A stretch of DNA of 6,488 nt from assembly GCA_028693335.1 (NCBI GenBank), contig JAQUVR010000034.1, positions 1 through 6,488 of the forward strand, in the 5' to 3' direction. The position numbers and the translations under genes are program-made. Source of the stretch: Candidatus Iainarchaeum sp. (GTDB taxonomy: Archaea > Iainarchaeota > Iainarchaeia > Iainarchaeales > CSSED10-239). The notes beneath the pieces were generated by a model. It was given only the letters and a program-made list of their open reading frames with translations, had not been told where the DNA came from and did not search any database. Positions 5,007-6,488 of the stretch are shown one piece after another; position 1 is the stretch's first letter; each line of letters begins with the position of its first letter.

Positions 5007-5162
5007 ATGGGACAAGGACTTACAATTGCAAGCGGAATTATTTTAGGTATTGGTATTGGAACATACATACCAGCATTTCCACAACCATTCAATGCTATTA
5101 ACGCTTATGTTGGATTGGTTTTAATAATTGTTGGAATAATTCTATTAATTATGTCTAAATAA
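5007..5162 (+). CDS. Small hydrophobic protein, 51 aa, predicted two-TM hairpin with a glycine-zipper motif (not in the supplied ORF track)
   Basis: My own translation: MGQGLTIASGIILGIGIGTYIPAFPQPFNAINAYVGLVLIIVGIILLIMSK*. It has two hydrophobic helices (GxxxGxGxG in the first, GxxxxxxG in the second) joined by a Pro-rich turn (PAFPQPF). SD GAGG lies 7 nt upstream, TATA-like elements lie further upstream, and the TAA stop is embedded in a hairpin followed by T5. The codons are less A/T-biased than the flanking spacer (GGA, GGT, GCA, CCA). Confidence 0.55.
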   Translation: MGQGLTIASGIILGIGIGTYIPAFPQPFNAINAYVGLVLIIVGIILLIMSK

Positions 5163-5175
5163 TTATTTAGTTTTT
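5155..5175 (+). terminator. 16-nt perfect palindrome CTAAATAA|TTATTTAG containing both convergent stop codons, followed by T5 on the plus strand
   Basis: 5155-5170 is an exact palindrome centred between 5162 and 5163. As RNA it gives a 6-bp stem with an AATT loop. The plus strand continues TTTTT (5171-5175). There is no comparable T-run on the minus-strand side. Confidence 0.4.
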
Positions 5176-6077
5176 AAAGATTGTTCAATATCTTTAAATA
5201 TATCATTAATTTCAGATATTGAATGGTTTTTCTTTTTTGAAGACAAAAGATTTTTTAAATTACCAAAAATATTTTCTTTTTCTTTTTGAGTTTCTTTTGT
5301 TTCTGAATAGTTTATTTGATTAACATAATTTTTATTTTGTTGTTTTGGAGTATAAACTGTGTTTCTTAGATCAATTGTATTTTCATTTGATCTATTTTGC
5401 AAGTTATTAGTTTCGGGAGTTTCTTTTGTTGGCATAATTTTATTTACTAAATTTACAAGCCTATTTGTCTTTTCTCTGGTCTCTGACCCAAACACAACCC
5501 CTTGTTTTTCAAGCTTATTAATTACTCCAACAGATATTTCTTTTGTAAATCCTTCATCCAAAATTGCTTGCTCAACTTCTTGTTCTCGGTAGTATTTTGC
5601 TTTTGGAAGTAATAAATTTGTTAAATAATTAATTTGATTAATTTTTTTTTGTTGTTGTTTTTCTTCAAAACTATCCTTTGTTGATTCTACTTCTGGACCT
5701 TCAAGCCTATAAGATTCTAATCTTTCTTTATATTCTGGAAATTTTGATAAAAATACAACTATATTTTCATATTCTTTTGCATAATTAAACTGAGCATAAG
5801 AATAGTCTTCAAAATTAATTTTTCGTTTATTATAAAGATCATCTATTTTTTGAATTTCTGCTCTTATTTCAAGATATCTTTTATAATATCTTAATGGATT
5901 TTTTCTAAATAATGGGATTATAAAAAAAAATAAAAGAAAGAGTATATAAAAAAAAATAAATGCTCCAATAATGTAGACATAATTACTACTAAACAAACCA
6001 TCAAAAAAACTAATTTGCCCTTTTGATGCAACTGTTGCCAGATGATCTCCATAGTATAAATCTAATATTGGAAACAT
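5163..6077 (-). CDS. Hypothetical single-pass membrane protein, 304 aa, with a large charged cytoplasmic region
   Basis: ATG 6077 lies only 17 nt after the Sm stop, suggesting an operon. It has one strong TM segment (YVYIIGAFIFFYILFLLFFFIIPLF) followed by the basic stretch RKNPLRYYKRY (positive-inside). Next come a SHOCT-like stretch (IQKIDDLYNKRKINFEDYSYAQ), a coiled/charged region, a possible winged-helix-like segment (EVEQAILDEGFTKEISVGVINKLEKQGVV) and an N/Q/K/T-rich low-complexity tail. I do not recognise a family. Confidence 0.65.
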   Translation of the reverse strand: MFPILDLYYGDHLATVASKGQISFFDGLFSSNYVYIIGAFIFFYILFLLFFFIIPLFRKNPLRYYKRYLEIRAEIQKIDDLYNKRKINFEDYSYAQFNYAKEYENIVVFLSKFPEYKERLESYRLEGPEVESTKDSFEEKQQQKKINQINYLTNLLLPKAKYYREQEVEQAILDEGFTKEISVGVINKLEKQGVVFGSETREKTNRLVNLVNKIMPTKETPETNNLQNRSNENTIDLRNTVYTPKQQNKNYVNQINYSETKETQKEKENIFGNLKNLLSSKKKNHSISEINDIFKDIEQSLKTK

Positions 6078-6094
6078 GTTATCTTAGATTATAT

Positions 6095-6328
6095 TTAAAC
6101 AGTTACAAAAATTATATTGTCTCCTCTTAAAAAGACATCCACAAATTTTGTTTTTGGTTTGCCGTTTTCTAATTCTTCAGCATCTTCTAAAACAATATTT
6201 AAGTGAACATCAAATGCTTTTAATTTTCCTCTAATCCATACATTTCCTTTCAAAAATATTAATACTTGTTTGTTTAATGAACTGTTTAACATATCAAAAG
6301 GTCTTGTTATTTTCATATCGTTTGTCAT
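6095..6328 (-). CDS. Archaeal Sm-like protein (SmAP/LSm), 77 aa
   Basis: The Sm1 motif (VLIFLKGNVWIRGKLKAFDVHLNIVLEDAEEL) and Sm2 motif (VFLRGDNIIFV) are clear. The N-terminal RPFDMLNSSLNKQV matches the RPLD.L..SLN..V seen in archaeal SmAP1 proteins (from memory of the Methanothermobacter SmAP1 sequence). SD GGTGAT (plus 6334-6339) lies 5 nt before the ATG. Confidence 0.9.
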   Translation of the reverse strand: MTNDMKITRPFDMLNSSLNKQVLIFLKGNVWIRGKLKAFDVHLNIVLEDAEELENGKPKTKFVDVFLRGDNIIFVTV

Positions 6329-6356
6329 ATTTTATCACCATTTTTATTTTGAAATT

Positions 6357-6488
6357 TTACTCCTTTTTTTTATTTTTTGAAAACATTTTTTTAAGTGCCA
6401 TAACTAAACCAGCAAATAAAGGTTTTTTGTTTTTTTCTTCTTCTAACGCAATTTCTATTTCTTTACCAGACACTTTTCTTGCAATATG
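6357..6488 (-). CDS. 3' end (43 codons plus stop) of an upstream gene, probably a MinD/ParA-family ATPase with a C-terminal amphipathic membrane-targeting helix. The 5' part lies outside the window
   Basis: My own translation of the minus strand in frame to the window edge: ...HIARKVSGKEIEIALEEEKNKKPLFAGLVMALKKMFSKNKKKE*, with TAA at 6359-6357. It parallels the C-termini of bacterial MinD as I recall them: B. subtilis ...IARRILGE.IPLQVLEEQNKGMMAKIKSFFG and E. coli ...RLLGEERPFRFIEEEKKGFLKRLFGG. Only the tail is visible, so the family call is tentative. Confidence 0.45.
   Translation of the reverse strand, partial: HIARKVSGKEIEIALEEEKNKKPLFAGLVMALKKMFSKNKKKE

Noticed and set aside
5359-5592. 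Plus-strand 77-aa ORF antisense to the 304-aa gene
   Set aside because: It is a shadow frame with no start signals. The minus-strand ORF has a coherent TM-plus-cytoplasmic-domain organisation.
5922-5956. Two A9 homopolymers (5922-5930 and 5948-5956; T9 on the sense strand) inside the 304-aa gene, which could act as slippage or premature-termination sites
   Set aside because: They encode the Phe-rich TM helix (FFFII / FFYIL) and keep the frame open. Such runs are expected for TTT codons in an A/T-rich genome. There is no evidence of frameshift or a truncated alternative ORF.
1-6488. Search for CRISPR repeats, tRNA/rRNA genes, transposase or integrase genes, inverted terminal repeats, and toxin-antitoxin or restriction-type defence genes
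   Set aside because: I found no regularly spaced direct repeats, no 70-90-nt G/C-enriched islands with tRNA-like arms, and no ORFs with recognisable nuclease, recombinase or methylase motifs. The window reads as core chromosome rather than an accessory island.

Overview
Strongly AT-rich (by eye about 70% A+T), gene-dense archaeal chromosomal segment. Nine of the ten recognisable genes are on the minus strand. Reading along the minus strand from high to low coordinates: the 3' end of a MinD/ParA-type gene, of which only the C-terminal amphipathic tail is in the window (6357-6488); an archaeal Sm-like protein (6095-6328); and a 304-aa single-pass membrane protein of unknown function (5163-6077). 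A 51-aa two-TM ORF on the plus strand (5007-5162), absent from the supplied ORF track, abuts that gene stop-to-stop. Continuing on the minus strand: a 216-aa hypothetical protein with a degenerate HAD-like signature (4289-4939) that overlaps a catalytically intact enolase (3055-4308, or 4317 with a GTG start); a membrane-anchored protein of about 281-284 aa (2103-2948/2957); and the ribosomal stalk operon uL1 - uL10(P0) - P1(L12) (1262-1942, 507-1265, 201-488). The archaeal assignment rests on the P0/P1 stalk pair and the SmAP. The composition, short proteins, tight spacing and GGAGGTGAT-type Shine-Dalgarno sites suggest a small-genome, DPANN-like lineage, but that is inference only. I see no rRNA, tRNA, CRISPR array, transposase, integrase or obvious defence genes, so the window is mostly housekeeping and I do not claim a new multi-gene system. 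Points worth a second look: (1) P0 lacks the normal C-terminal tail and part of its spine. (2) The small plus-strand 2-TM gene has its own expression signals. (3) A 24-nt perfect palindrome sits between the TATA-like element and the uL1 start. (4) A pseudo-HAD-like ORF overlaps enolase. (5) The Sm gene is coupled to a membrane protein and preceded by a MinD-like gene carrying a bacterial-type membrane-targeting helix. (6) Three gene ends share a terminator design with the stop codon inside a hairpin followed by oligo-T.
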